From the NCBI GenBank assembly GCA_951406725.2, contig OX597814.1, positions 220,658,001 through 220,722,000 of the forward strand: a stretch of 64,000 nucleotides of DNA, read 5' to 3'. The first letter of the stretch is position 1. Every line of letters begins with the position of its first letter. Shown here in pieces: positions 41,255 to 53,451 of this stretch. The notes below the pieces were generated by a model. The model searched no databases. It worked only from the letters and a program-made list of their open reading frames with translations, and had not been told where the DNA came from. The position numbers and the translations under genes are program-made. This DNA comes from Octopus vulgaris. Its lineage: Eukaryota.

Positions 41255-41897
41255 TTGATAACCTACATATCCATTTCTGGAAACATGAAGGCACTGCTGA
41301 TTATATGGAAGTGCTGACAGTTGAGAGAAAGAGAGGAATCTAGGACCATTTATTTTATGCTATAAATTATTCTCCATGAAAATGTCAACACTTTTTGTGT
41401 CTTTTGTTTATATTCTTTATAGTGTATATTTTTATTTGCCCTCCCCTCCTTCTCTTGGCAGGGTTAATGATGGGCGGATGGTAGGGGTTGCTGCTTGAAT
41501 AATTAGGGTAAATATGTGTGAAAATATGATTTGCTCTGTCTGATAACAAAGTCTTCAATAAATGGTGAACAACAGCTAGCAGTATCAGCATCAAGGAAAT
41601 ATCCCAAATAATATATACAGCTGCAGTAGGAATTTCTTTTCTATTCCTCTCTCAACTTAGATTCTGTATCTTATATATTTTGGATTTGCTGTTTTCTCTT
41701 CTGTTCGTTCCTTTCTGGCAAGTCTTTGTTGTGTAGTTTTTTTGGGGGTTTTTTTCTGCTTTTAGGCTTTTTTTTTTTTGGTGGGGGGTCTGTTTTTTTT
41801 TCTTATTTTTTTTTTATTTTGGCATATGATGTTTCCTTTGGCATATGATGTTTATGATGTGATATTATAGAAGTTATTGAAGCTTGGATAAAAGTGA

Positions 41898-41901
<4 letters not shown>

Positions 41902-41968
<67 letters not shown>
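41902..41968. repeat. (GA)n microsatellite
   Basis: Direct inspection. Confidence 0.97.
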
Positions 41969-41973
<5 letters not shown>

Positions 41974-42285
41974 GACAAGATAAAGAGAAAAACAGATGCA
42001 AGAAGCAGGAGATAGAGACAGAAATGCAAAGGAAGAATATGAGAGTGAATAGCCAGGGACATAGGAGGAACTAGATACAAATAAGAGTGGTTTAAAGGGA
42101 TGAAAAATAGACAAGAATTATCGAAAATATCAGGAGAGAGAGAGTGAGAAGGAAATGGAGAGAGAGAGAGAGAGGAAAAGAAAGACAGAGAAATTGATAC
42201 AGAAAAGAAGAGAGAGAACATATGAGAGAAAGACAGGGGGGGGGGGGGCAGGAAGATAAAAAGACAGGAGTGTGAGCCGAACTAC

Positions 42286-42650
42286 CTTTAGCTATTAAGA
42301 AGTCTAGACGATATTTGGATCTCGAGTGGCATCGAAATATTGACGTATCATATTATAAATGAGCCCAAAGGGCTTCCTAGGCCCCAGGGCTACAACACCT
42401 ATGATACTTAGCGTACTCAGAGGGGAGTTAGAATAATATTCGTATGAACGTGGATTAAAAGGAATAAAAATGAGCAGTTCCCTTAACATAAATAAGCCTA
42501 CAATTAAGATAGTTTTATCGTGAAATGATAATCATCTTCATACTGCTGCTTCCATTTGCAACAACCCGTGATTTGTGGTTTCTCTTCCTGCTGCTGCCAT
42601 ACCGGAGGCAGTCTTGGAGGCCCTGCTCAAATGACGTGTGACTAAGTAAA
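42286..42650 (-). promoter_or_regulatory. Candidate promoter and non-coding first exon of a leftward gene
   Basis: Unique CpG-retaining sequence at the CpG boundary; minus-strand donor AAG|GTAGTT at 42286/42285; YY1-like ATGGCAGC at 42600; TGACGT at 42632; only short ORFs. Confidence 0.4.
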
Positions 42651-42659
42651 TTAGGGGTC

Positions 42660-42887
42660 GGTACTACTTAAGAATAGTGGTCCCGGTGCGCGCACTCGCG
42701 CATCCGCGCTAGCTAGTCGTGACTAGTCGATCCTAGCAAAGTAAATAAAATACAAAATAAATAAATTTTTTTACACAAAGTAAATAAAACACAAAAACAC
42801 AAAGTAAGGATCGACTAGTCACGACTAGCTAGCGGATGCGCGAGTACGCGAGTGCGCGCACCGAGATCACTCTTCTTAATTAGTGCC
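42660..42887. mobile_element. CpG-rich foldback MITE with ~75-80-bp terminal inverted repeats
   Basis: Left arm ggtactacttaagaatagtggtcccggtgcgcgcactcgcg..ctagctagtcgtgactagtcgatcct; right arm is its near reverse complement ending gtgcc; A-rich spacer of ~70 bp. Confidence 0.75.
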
Positions 42888-42991
42888 TAAGGGGGGTCTT
42901 GTTAATTTTGAATGCATTCGGAAACCCAACAAAATTTAAACGAATACATCCATGTACCATATTCCAGTCTTTAAATACATTTACGTAATCT

Positions 42992-43227
42992 TTACTCTTT
43001 TACTCTTTTACTTGTTTCAGTCATTTGACTGCGGCCATGCTGGAGCACCGCCTTTTAATCGAGCAAATCGACCCCGGGACTTATTCTTTTTTTGTAAGCC
43101 CAGTACTTATTCTATCGGTCTCTTTTTGCCGAACCGCTAAGTGACGGGGACGTAAACACACCAGCATCAGTTGTCAAGCAATGCTAGGGGGACAAACACA
43201 GACACACAAACACACACGCACACACAC

Positions 43228-43265
<38 letters not shown>

Positions 43266-43411
43266 GACAGCTTCTTTCAGTTTCCGTCTACCAAATCCAC
43301 TCACAAGGCATTGGTCGGCCCGGGGCTATAGTAGAAGACACTTGCCCAAGATGCCATGCAGTGGGACTGAACCCGGAACCATGTGGTTGGTTAGCAAGCT
43401 ACTTACCACAG
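42992..43411 (-). mobile_element. SINE family A, head slightly truncated
   Basis: Collinear with 346-754. Confidence 0.9.
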
Positions 43412-44340
43412 TCTATGATTACGTTCAAGTCTATGATGTATCATAAAAATATAAACTGACCCCAGTATTTAACAGCTCTGAAAATGACCTAAGGCAAAGG
43501 GCATTCAAGAATCTTAACTTAAAAAGAAAAAAAGAAAAAAACACGGGTTATTTTGTCAGACCTCTCTAACTATTCTTCCAGCCCACCTCATTAATTAAAA
43601 TAAACTAGCGAAATTAAAGATTTTTTTCTTTTGGACATCAGCACCTGATTTTCGCAACACGGGGTGTTGCTAGAGTCGATTGAATTCGATTTTAGTATAG
43701 ATTAGCGGTTTTTGTTCCGTTTTTCTCTTTGTCTTTTTACATTTTTTTATCGACTTTTGTAAAATTTCGAGTTGAAAAATCTGTGTACAGCTACCGTAAA
43801 ATGTTTAATCTGGCTATCAGCAGAACATTAGTACGTGTTTAATTCATCACTTGAATCAAAATGGAATATTATCACATAAATTTTTCAAATTTAAATATTG
43901 CTTCTTTTTTTTTTTCTCCAAAGGCAATAATGAGCGTCACAACTTCGCATTGCTTCCTTACTTTTGAATTTGAAGTTTAATGTCTATGATCTAAAAGTTG
44001 TGTGTGTGTGTGTGTGTTTTACAGTGCTTAAAACAAGTAATTGAAAATTCTGATAGGCCAAAAATCACAAATTACAGTTTCAGCTTTCTTTATAATAAAG
44101 CATATCTAGTTGAGTTTCAAAAACAATAAAATAACAAGAAGAAAAGTAAAGAAGCTTCTGTTAAATTGAAAACATAATTAATCGATATAAAGCATAATTA
44201 AGTTAATTAAGTAATCAAACTCACGGTATCTAATGTAGAAGTTATAAATTATATCATAAATCATTCTTCATACATATTTTCCTACAAACATTCAAACTAT
44301 GGAAGCACCTTCAAGAGCAACACTTTGAATCGGTAGACAA

Positions 44341-44401
<61 letters not shown>

Positions 44402-44553
44402 TGATAAAACGGTATAACAAAAGAAAGAAAGAGACCTCAATATTATGTAAATATATCTATATATATATATATAAGATAAAACTCTATAGATGCCGAAGTG
44501 GAAACACAACACCATCTCTTCGGTTATGTATGTGGTGCCCTTCGCGAAAAGCC

Positions 44554-44605
44554 AGATAACCGAAGAGATGTATTTCCCCGGCATCTGAAACTCAGAGTTT
44601 TATCT
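44554..44605 (+). ncRNA. Type I hammerhead ribozyme-like motif inside an inverted duplication (44473-44606)
   Basis: agataa|ccgaaga|gatg..catc t|gaa|actc a gagt|t|ttatct: 6-bp stem I, stems II and III pair, GUU site. Confidence 0.65.
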
Positions 44606-44629
44606 TGACTACATAGAAATATTGTATAG

Positions 44630-44663
<34 letters not shown>

Positions 44664-44812
44664 TATATTATAAACTTATGTATGTGTGCGCGTATGTATA
44701 TATGATAGATACATAGATAGATACACACAGATACATAAATGCATACGCATATATACACACACATGCATAAATGCATACCCACAACACCCTCTCTCTCTCT
44801 CTCTCTCTCACA

Positions 44813-44881
<69 letters not shown>

Positions 44882-44916
44882 TTAAAATACACTGCTTTAT
44901 TTTGAGTTTGCTGCTG

Positions 44917-44957
<41 letters not shown>

Positions 44958-44959
44958 GG

Positions 44960-45140
44960 GTGAATTCACAAAATGAAAACAAAAAAACAAAAGACGAAGA
45001 CAGGCGGTGTAGACAGCAAACAGATGTTTTAGTTTGACGCTCGAGAAGTGAAAAAAGTCTTTAATGTTTCGAGCTTACGCTCTTCCACAGAACGGAACAC
45101 AGAAAGAATCAAGGAGAGAAAATAAAGAATGTGTAATGGC
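44960..45140 (-). mobile_element. Penelope-type terminal repeat with decayed hammerhead
   Basis: Homologous to 6370-6530; minus strand ctgtgga agagc gtaa gctc gaaacatt. Confidence 0.65.
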
Positions 45141-45288
45141 TCTCTCTCTCTCTATCTATCTATCTATATATATATATATGTGTGTGTGCGTGTGTGTGTG
45201 TGCATAAGCATGAAAGAGAAGTATATGCACATATTGATGTGCAATGAATTGCAAGAGACATGTTGCAGAGTATTTTGTCAATGTCTTC

Positions 45289-45354
<66 letters not shown>

Positions 45355-46410
45355 GGTGAGTGTATGTGTGTATACCTTCGTTCATAGTCTACTACATATC
45401 ACAATTCATAAACACCCTTTGTTTATATTTCTGATAACACCATGTCTACACAGCCAGTTCTAATGATTATTCTTCAGTCTCACTGTACATATTCTATTTA
45501 TTCATTTTATTTATTAGTTTTAACTTAAATATCCGGCGTGCGTAGTGAATTTAATATCATATATTAGCTTATTAGCTTAAAAAAAAAATTCAAAAACCAA
45601 AAACATGGCAGTCATCACAAACCGTCTGCCAAAAGGATGTCGCCGAATAAGCAAAATTTAGTGACTATCCATCCCTTGAACATTTGTAATGAAGAAGCAG
45701 AAGCCAGTTCCAACACAATACCGTTTATTAGTTATGGCAGACACAAAGGTTGTGCACAAATTTACTAAATAGGTGGCTTTTTCACTCGTAAAACAAAAAT
45801 GTAACAACAGTAATGTACACAATAACAGCAACAATAATAGTGTATCTTTTATTATCATCGCCATCATCATCATTATTGTTATAATAACGATGATATGATA
45901 ATAAAAGGAGATAAAAATCTTTTCGAATGAGAGATCGAAGATCGAAGTCACGAACTTTGAATTTTAAATAACAATTTAGTTTAACCAATACTGTCTCTCG
46001 CCTTTACTATATCGTTTTGTTTTTTTTTTTTAATTATTTTTATACTTCTTTTTCTTTGTTTGGTTTTAATTAGAACGAAATCGTTAATGGTGCCACTTTG
46101 AAGTCTTAACTAGAGTCAACATGTACATCCGGTTTCTTTATTTCTATATTATAATTATATCTTTATTATTATTTTTATATATTTATTATTATTTTTATAT
46201 ATTTATTATATTTTTTGCAGGATGCCTAAGAATTATATATATATATATATATAATTCTTTATATAACCCTTTATATTCTTTCCGTCCTGAGTATTTTAAA
46301 AGAGTAAATATTCCATTGATATTATTCAACATGCTAATATCGTGGTATTTCAAAGACTTCAAAAGCAGTTTAAATACGTAAAAGCACAATATTTAAAGAA
46401 AAAAAATGAA

Positions 46411-46475
<65 letters not shown>

Positions 46476-46553
46476 GCGTAGAAGTGAACGGTAAGTGAAC
46501 GGGGTAAACTCGACCTAATTTTATATATTTGCTTCGAATAAAATATTAAATAA

Positions 46554-47595
46554 CTAGCTGACCCTGTACCGTCAAAAATGACGGCTAATTGTAGTATTTT
46601 ATACACAAACTAGCAGTATCGCCCGGCGTTGCTCGGATTTGTAAGGGAAATAACTATATAAGCATTTTTAGAGAGTTATATCCAAAAAATGCATTAAAAA
46701 TGGGAAAAAAATTATGGTAATTTTTTTTTTAAATCGTTGACTCATCGTAGACATTTTTAGAGAGTTACTTCCCTTATATAATAGCGAAAAAAATGCATTA
46801 AAATGGAAAAAATTATGGTAATTTTTTTAAAAATCGTAGACTCATCGTAGACGCGCGCTAATACCCAGAAGGGCTCGATATGAATCACGACTATAAAATA
46901 CCCGGTTTTGGTTAAACTGCACCGCAAAATGTGGGAGTAGTTAGGAATCTAAATCGTAGGAGACAGACACACAACTTCACTTTTATATATAAAGATAAAG
47001 TATAAAATAAGCTATATAATAATCAGATACAAACATTCTCATACTTCCCCTTGTACCTACACACATGTACTCAGAGTTGAAATGCTGTTTGATTTTTCTT
47101 TTCAGCATTGAACGTTCACCATCCCATTTCCATTGCACACACACATTCACATACCTCTCTTATACATACACACATATATATATATTCACACAGCGTTGAA
47201 ACGCTGATTTTTTTCACCCATTCCTTTCTCCATTGCAATTACTTTTATCACTCTCTTTCAGTCAAGACTATTACTCTCACTACTTCTCCTTCACTGAATT
47301 ACTATTTTCTCTCCTCTCCCTTCACTTATACTACTCTTTTTCCTACTCCATCCTATCCCTACTCTGTGATTTTGTAGAAATATATATATATATACACACA
47401 AATTGAGATAGGGGTTGTAAATGCAACCCACCATGGGATACCATATATCCAATATACTGCTAGTGAGGTACCTAACAAAGTTAATACATAAATGTTTAGA
47501 ATTGCAATACAATTAATTCATTTATTGTATTATATGGGCAAAGGTAAAATGTTTTACCACAAATTCATAATACAAAATACTCCATTTTCTTATTT

Positions 47596-47600
<5 letters not shown>
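46554..47600 (-). mobile_element. Non-autonomous Helitron (outer); 5' boundary approximate
   Basis: CTAG at 46554 with subterminal hairpin ccgtca-aaaa-tgacgg (46569-46584). Confidence 0.5.
46610..46995 (-). mobile_element. Non-autonomous Helitron (nested)
   Basis: Minus strand A|TC...ccgagcaacgccgggcgatactgCTAG|T: canonical TC/CTRR ends, GC hairpin, AT target, no TSD. Confidence 0.85.
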
Positions 47601-47644
<44 letters not shown>

Positions 47645-47946
47645 GTAACAACACTACGGTCGTTATTATATTAGGAGATATAACTATGTTGAATTTCTCA
47701 ACATATTCAAATTACGTGTTATCACGCACACACACACAGACATGCACGCGCACATTTCTTAAGATGAGTATATTCTCTTTCAAGTTTTTTTTTTTTTTGG
47801 TTGACACAAACGTTGATCGTAGTCCCAATAAATTTCTTATTAGTTGTAGAGCACTCTCACTGAATAAATACTTCGACTAAGATGTAACTCATGAGGTTCA
47901 TGGGTGTCTGGTTACTCACCCTTGCTCTCTCTCTCTCTCTCTCTCT

Positions 47947-47985
<39 letters not shown>

Positions 47986-48097
47986 ATATTCTCTGTCTCA
48001 TATATATATAATAGGCATTCACCTGTGTGATAGCATAATTCATGATTGGTTTAGAAGTTGATTTATGCTATTGACTGGAGAAGAAAGCTTGTATGGC

Positions 48098-48141
48098 TTA
48101 TCTGAAGATCGGTCAACAAACCATGAAACGGCCAGTCAGTA
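48098..48141 (+). ncRNA. Hammerhead-like motif, stems imperfect
   Basis: ttat|ctgaaga|tcggt caacaa accat|gaa|ac ggcca gt|c|agta: intact CUGAAGA, GAAA and GUC site. Confidence 0.5.
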
Positions 48142-48455
48142 AACTCTCGCCCCCTATTTCTTGCATATCAATAGTATGGAAAGACTGTGCTTATATCCTT
48201 ACTTAATCCACAGTGAGGCTTTATGGTATGTGAATATATTTCACTTCTGACTTACGCTGTGCTATGCATGCATGCACACACACACACACATACGTACATA
48301 CATATGTATGTATGCAAGGATGAATATATGTACATACATGTACTTGTGTGTTTGTGCGTGTGTGTGTGTGTAGTACAACAACGGGTAATATTCACTGAAA
48401 AAGGAATCAATACAAGAGTATAGTCTAAATATTTTATTAGACGGAAATTCAAGTG

Positions 48456-48498
48456 ACTGCAGATTCGAAGTTTTGCCGGAAATGGCTCGTCAGGCAGT
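48456..48498 (-). ncRNA. Type I hammerhead-like motif
   Basis: Minus strand actgc|ctgacga|gcc atttcc ggc|aaa|acttcgaatc t|gcagt: perfect stems I and II, G12 changed to A at a CpG; AATAAA follows on the same strand. Confidence 0.6.
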
Positions 48499-48900
48499 AA
48501 AAGGTAAGAGCTGCAAGAAGCTATGAATTAGAAATTATAGGTGTGTGTATGTGCGCGCGCATCGATATATAAACACATAAATATAACAAAAAAGTAAACA
48601 TACACATAAAACAGCTATAACTATACATGTATATATGTTTATATTATAGTTGAAAATATTTTTTTTAATGTCTTCTTGTCTGTATGCGAATGCGTAATTG
48701 CCTGCGTCTATATTTTTCACACACACGTATATATATGCATATGTATGTGTTTATATATTTATAGTAATATATCTCCCTTTATTTATATCTTCACAAAACT
48801 CTTTGCACCGTGATTGAAAATTCCTCGTCAATCAAGCTGTCAGAAATACAGCGAATCAGTAGGAAACCTGTGCCACCAGCGACGATATTGTTGGCATATT

Positions 48901-49103
48901 CTTTTTCTACTCTAGGTACAATGCCCGAAATTTTGTAGGGGAGGGAGCTAGTCGATTAGATCGATCCCAGTATGCAACTGGTACTTAATTTATCGACCCC
49001 GAAAGGATGAAAACAAAGTCGACATCGGCGGAATTTGAACTCAGAACGTAAAGACAGACGAAATATCGGTAAGCATTTCGCCCGGCGTGCTAGCTCGCCG
49101 CCT
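48901..49103 (-). mobile_element. SINE family E, tail type 2, CpG-intact
   Basis: atcgaccccgaaaggatgaaa..aaagtcgacatcggcggaatttgaactcagaacgtaaag. Confidence 0.85.
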
Positions 49104-49234
49104 TCATGTGTTTGCATGTTGCTGTATGAAACAGACAGATAAATGTAACTGGACGTGCTTTCCCTCCAGAATTTGTGATCTGTATGCCAAAATGCCAGGG
49201 ATGTATGAACCCGATGGTGCTCATATACGGTTAA

Positions 49235-49615
49235 TCTCTCTCTATATAAACGGCAGTTTGTCTGTGTGCGTGTCTGTGTGTCTGTTAGGTTGTACCCTCA
49301 CTCTGACCACGGCTTTCAACCGATTCTGATGAAACTTGACACACACATAGCCCAATGTCATAATTCAAAACTAACGCATCGAAAAGTTTGAAAAGTTCCC
49401 CCAGTTCTGAAAAATCGATAAATTCGACATGGGGTCGAGAATCAGAAACACAAACCACAGACTGTCTAGGGGACGCAACTCGATCTTTTTAACTCTCAAA
49501 AAAAATTTACCATAATTTTTTTCCATTTTTTTGCTATTTTTTGGCTATAACTCTCTAAAAATGCTTTATAGTTATTTCCCTTACAAACCCGAGCAACGCC
49601 GGGCGATACTGCTAG
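49235..49615 (+). mobile_element. Non-autonomous Helitron
   Basis: A|TCtctctctatataaa...cccgagcaacgccgggcgatactgCTAG|T. Confidence 0.85.
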
Positions 49616-49824
49616 TGCTTGATAATTCGCAACAGATCTCCTACATTTTCACTGCATTTCAGCCCCATGAGCTAAAAGTCAGGTAACATTATCATTTAGC
49701 TCTGTTGTAAACCCCGAAGACAGCGTATGAGAAATGTCTGCTATCTCGACTAAACTGAATTCCAATATATTATTATGGCGTTTACACGAATATAAAAAAA
49801 ATGTAGGTGAAAGTTACACCTTTA

Positions 49825-49863
<39 letters not shown>

Positions 49864-51134
49864 CGCATAACCCGTTACTCTCATACAATCAATCAACGAT
49901 CTCGTCATTTTAATGAATATTTTTACATATGCTTTACCCCCATTGGCATTCGTGACGTACGGAGTGAAATGGCAATAAACTAGCAATCAGAAACAGAAAA
50001 AAAAAATAGTAATAAATAGAGAAGAAGAGGATTAAAACGAAAGAAAATAAGCAGAGCTAAACGGAAATATATCAAACCCATATCCTCTGTGCATATACCA
50101 CTAACGTTACTGAATAGACACCATTTTCAAACGCACTTATCCACCGAGTAGTGTACGTAAATGAGAGGCATTCTAAGTATGATGGATATATGCAGCGGAT
50201 ATAATGAATGTATCACGTCTGACTCTTACTCCACATGGAGGACATGCACTTCCATTTTACTCATATTATTTATTATAAACAAATATATTACGAAATGTTG
50301 ACGTGTTAAGATATAGGGCGAATTGAAATTAACCAGCATCCACTTCAGAGGAAGTGAGATATTCAAAGAGCAAGATTTTTAGTTAACTCTATATGCTCAT
50401 TCAATGACGAGAACTAACATTGCGCCCATCTTTACACTAACCTAGAGGTTATCGGGGGCAATTGTACACTTATCGCATTTAGAATGGGCGATAGACGTAA
50501 TACGTCGCCCGTTTAACACCACTGCCAGGCAGCCTAGGAGCCTTTAGTGGAGTCTTGTTGCAAGGATTCGAGCCAAGTCTTGGAAGCTGTAAAGATTCAT
50601 AGCGACAGTCCTTTTTTGTTCCATATACCTTGAAACTTTTCCTTGTAGATACTTATCAGTCCCACCGGTCTGAGAGTGGGACTGGCAAAGATCATGGGTA
50701 CTGCTCTATGTTACCCTGCTTCACTTATTTAAATAGTTTACTTTGTGTATACATAAAGGTCGTTACGTATTTCAACTCGGCAACATCAGACATTCATATA
50801 TGCAATGATGTACCATAATTAACGCCTTCAAGCAACTGGCATTTCTGATTAATTAAACCAGTGATTTATTTTATATCAAATAACTAATATTTCACGCCTA
50901 CTAGAGTACAGTACATCATCTTAACGATTATCTCATCACTTCTGCATATGAGATGAAGTCAGTGCATTGCTGAGGAATATCAAATGAACCCTAAACATTT
51001 TACGGAATTGTCCCTTGCGCTTGCTGGAATAATTAGAATAATATTAGTTACAGATCTGTAATTTTTTCTCGGTGCACAAGTGTTTTATGATTAACCTCTT
51101 TGGTGATCACTGCATTAAATAACATAATATTAAC

Positions 51135-51455
51135 TTTACTGTCTCTTACTCTTTTACTGGTTTTAGTCATTGAACTGCGGCTATGCTGGAACATCACCTT
51201 GTAGTGTTAGTCGAACAAATCGATCCCATTACATATTTATTTAGGTCTAGTACTTATTTTATCGTTCTCTTTTGCCAGGGACGCAAACAAAAAAATACCG
51301 GTTGTCAAGTGGTGGAAGGAAGCAAACGCAAACAAATACATAAATCCAACGGACTTCCACATAGTTTCCATCTACCAAATTTACTCACTATGTACTGGTC
51401 GACCCGAGGCTAAGTTACTGCGCCATGGAATTGGTCCTGGAACCATGTGGTTCTT
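51135..51455 (-). mobile_element. SINE family A, degenerate
   Basis: ttactcttttactggttttagtcattgaactgcggctatgctgg...tctaccaaat..ggaaccatgtggtt. Confidence 0.7.
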
Positions 51456-52227
51456 ACAACATTTTAGCAATCCACCATATTTCCCGGCGTCGAAGACGCT
51501 ACGTTTTTCCTAAAATGAGTCTCGAAAATCTATCATGCGTCCTGGAAGCCGAAGAAAGTTCCATATTTCATAGGTATATCCTAAATCCAGAGGAAAATTA
51601 TCTATGCTAGACAGTAATCTGAACCCCTGTATATGACCGCCCAGTGAAGCGTATAAATTATACTTTGTTAAAGCAGTAAATAAAACAAAAATATAATTGT
51701 TTTTAAATATACGCAATCACAAAATTCATTCCAGTATGGGCAGTGCATATTAAACGAGGCAACTGACGAGTGATATTTTACATGTGTATCTAATTGCCGA
51801 TATTATCACTTTCTTCATCAAACAACCTGACTTTAAGGGAATATTATTAACCCAATTTAACCCACTGTCCTCATTTTAAGACAGCTGTATTTGGTTTGTT
51901 TACTGCAATAAGGGTTAATTGGACACTTCCATATGTTTGTTATCCCTATTCATATAACTATCTTCAAAATTTCGACAGGGTTAATCTGGGTAAAAATGGG
52001 TTAAGTGACGAAAGAAGTAAAACTGCGGTGTGTTAAAAGGGTTTACAAGCAAATATTAATAACAATACTATCGTAATCACTCAATGTGTTGAATTCAGTT
52101 ATCACTTACTCTCTGTAATAAAACGTGTTGTGTTCAGACAGATGTCTGAAAGCCGTGGTCATTCACATTTAAACCTGATCTGCAACTTTAGAAAATTTAA
52201 ATTAAAATTTTTAGCACAACCGTTATC

Positions 52228-53451
52228 ATGGCAACTTCAAGTAGAAGATCCTCTTATGCAAGCAAGCTACAAGTAATTGAAAATTCCAAACAGGATGGCA
52301 ACAGGGCTGCAGAGAAGCAATCTGGAGCACCATCAACTGAGAAAATGATCCGCTACAGGAAGAAAGAAGATGACCTGTTGAAGCCTGCATCAGACTGCAG
52401 CTAAGTGGCCAGAACTGGAGCAAAAGACAAAGGAATGGATAGTTGCGGAAAGATATTTGAGTCTTGCGGTATCAATAAAAATGATTATTAATTAAATCAA
52501 AAGTGAGAGCAGCAGCAGCAGCACAAGGTCTGGATGGTTTTCGTGGCACATCAAGCTGGTGTCACACATTTATGAAGAGGCACGGACTGGCAATGAGAAT
52601 GTAAACAAGAATAACACAAAAAATGCCAAAAGATAATAACAAAATAATCGAATTTCACAGGTTCATAATCAGTGCAAGAATAGAGAGTGACTACGAACTG
52701 GGTCAGATCGGGAAAAATGAGGTGTTACTAACGTTTGATGTGGTATCAAATAGAACAGTGGATGTTAAAAGGTCCAAAACCGTAAGTGTAAAGACATCTG
52801 GACATGAGAAAACCCATTATACTCCGGTACTATTGTGTTGTACTGATGGAACAAACCTGCCACCGCCTCTTATTTTCAAGAGGAAAACTTTACCAAAAGA
52901 TAAAATTCTACGTGGAAATTTTGTTCACGTCTACCCAAAGGGGTGGATGGATGAAGAGAAAGTGAAGCTATGGCTAGATAAGGTCTGGTCAAGGCGTTCC
53001 GGTGGTCTCTTTAAAAAGAACTATCCCTTCTTGTGTGGGGCCAGTTTCATGTCCGCAAAACAAAGGCTATTAAAGGAAGGGTGCAGAAATTGAAACCGAA
53101 AATGGCAGTGATCCCTGGTGGTTTAACAAGCCGATTACAACCACTGGACGCATCAATCAACAAGCCTTTAACGTATTTATAAATGAAGAGTGGAATCAGT
53201 GGGCGAGAGCCAAGGACCATGACCTAACACCAACCGATCGTTTGAAAAGGCCAACAATTGCTCAGATGTGCGAGTGGGCCCTGAAATCATGGAACGCTGT
53301 GAAAATTGAAGCAGTATTAAAATCTTTAAAACAAATTGACATTAGTAATACATTAGATGGCACAGAAGATGACATTTTGTTTGAAGATAGTAACACGTTG
53401 GACAATATTGACCACCTTGATGATTTTTCTGGTTTTGGGGGCTATGGATGA
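52228..53451 (+). pseudogene. pogo/POGK-like transposase pseudogene (Brinker-type DBD, CENP-B HTH, DDE_1)
   Basis: MATSSRRSSY..KLQVIENSKQDGNRAAEKQSG..TEKMIR; GFRGTSSWCHTFMKRHGL; LTFDVVSNRTVD..KTSGHEKTHYT..DGTNLPP.LIFKRK; KGWMDE; AVIPGGLTSRLQPLD.SINKP; ISNTLDGTEDDILFED; several frameshifts and stops. Confidence 0.92.
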
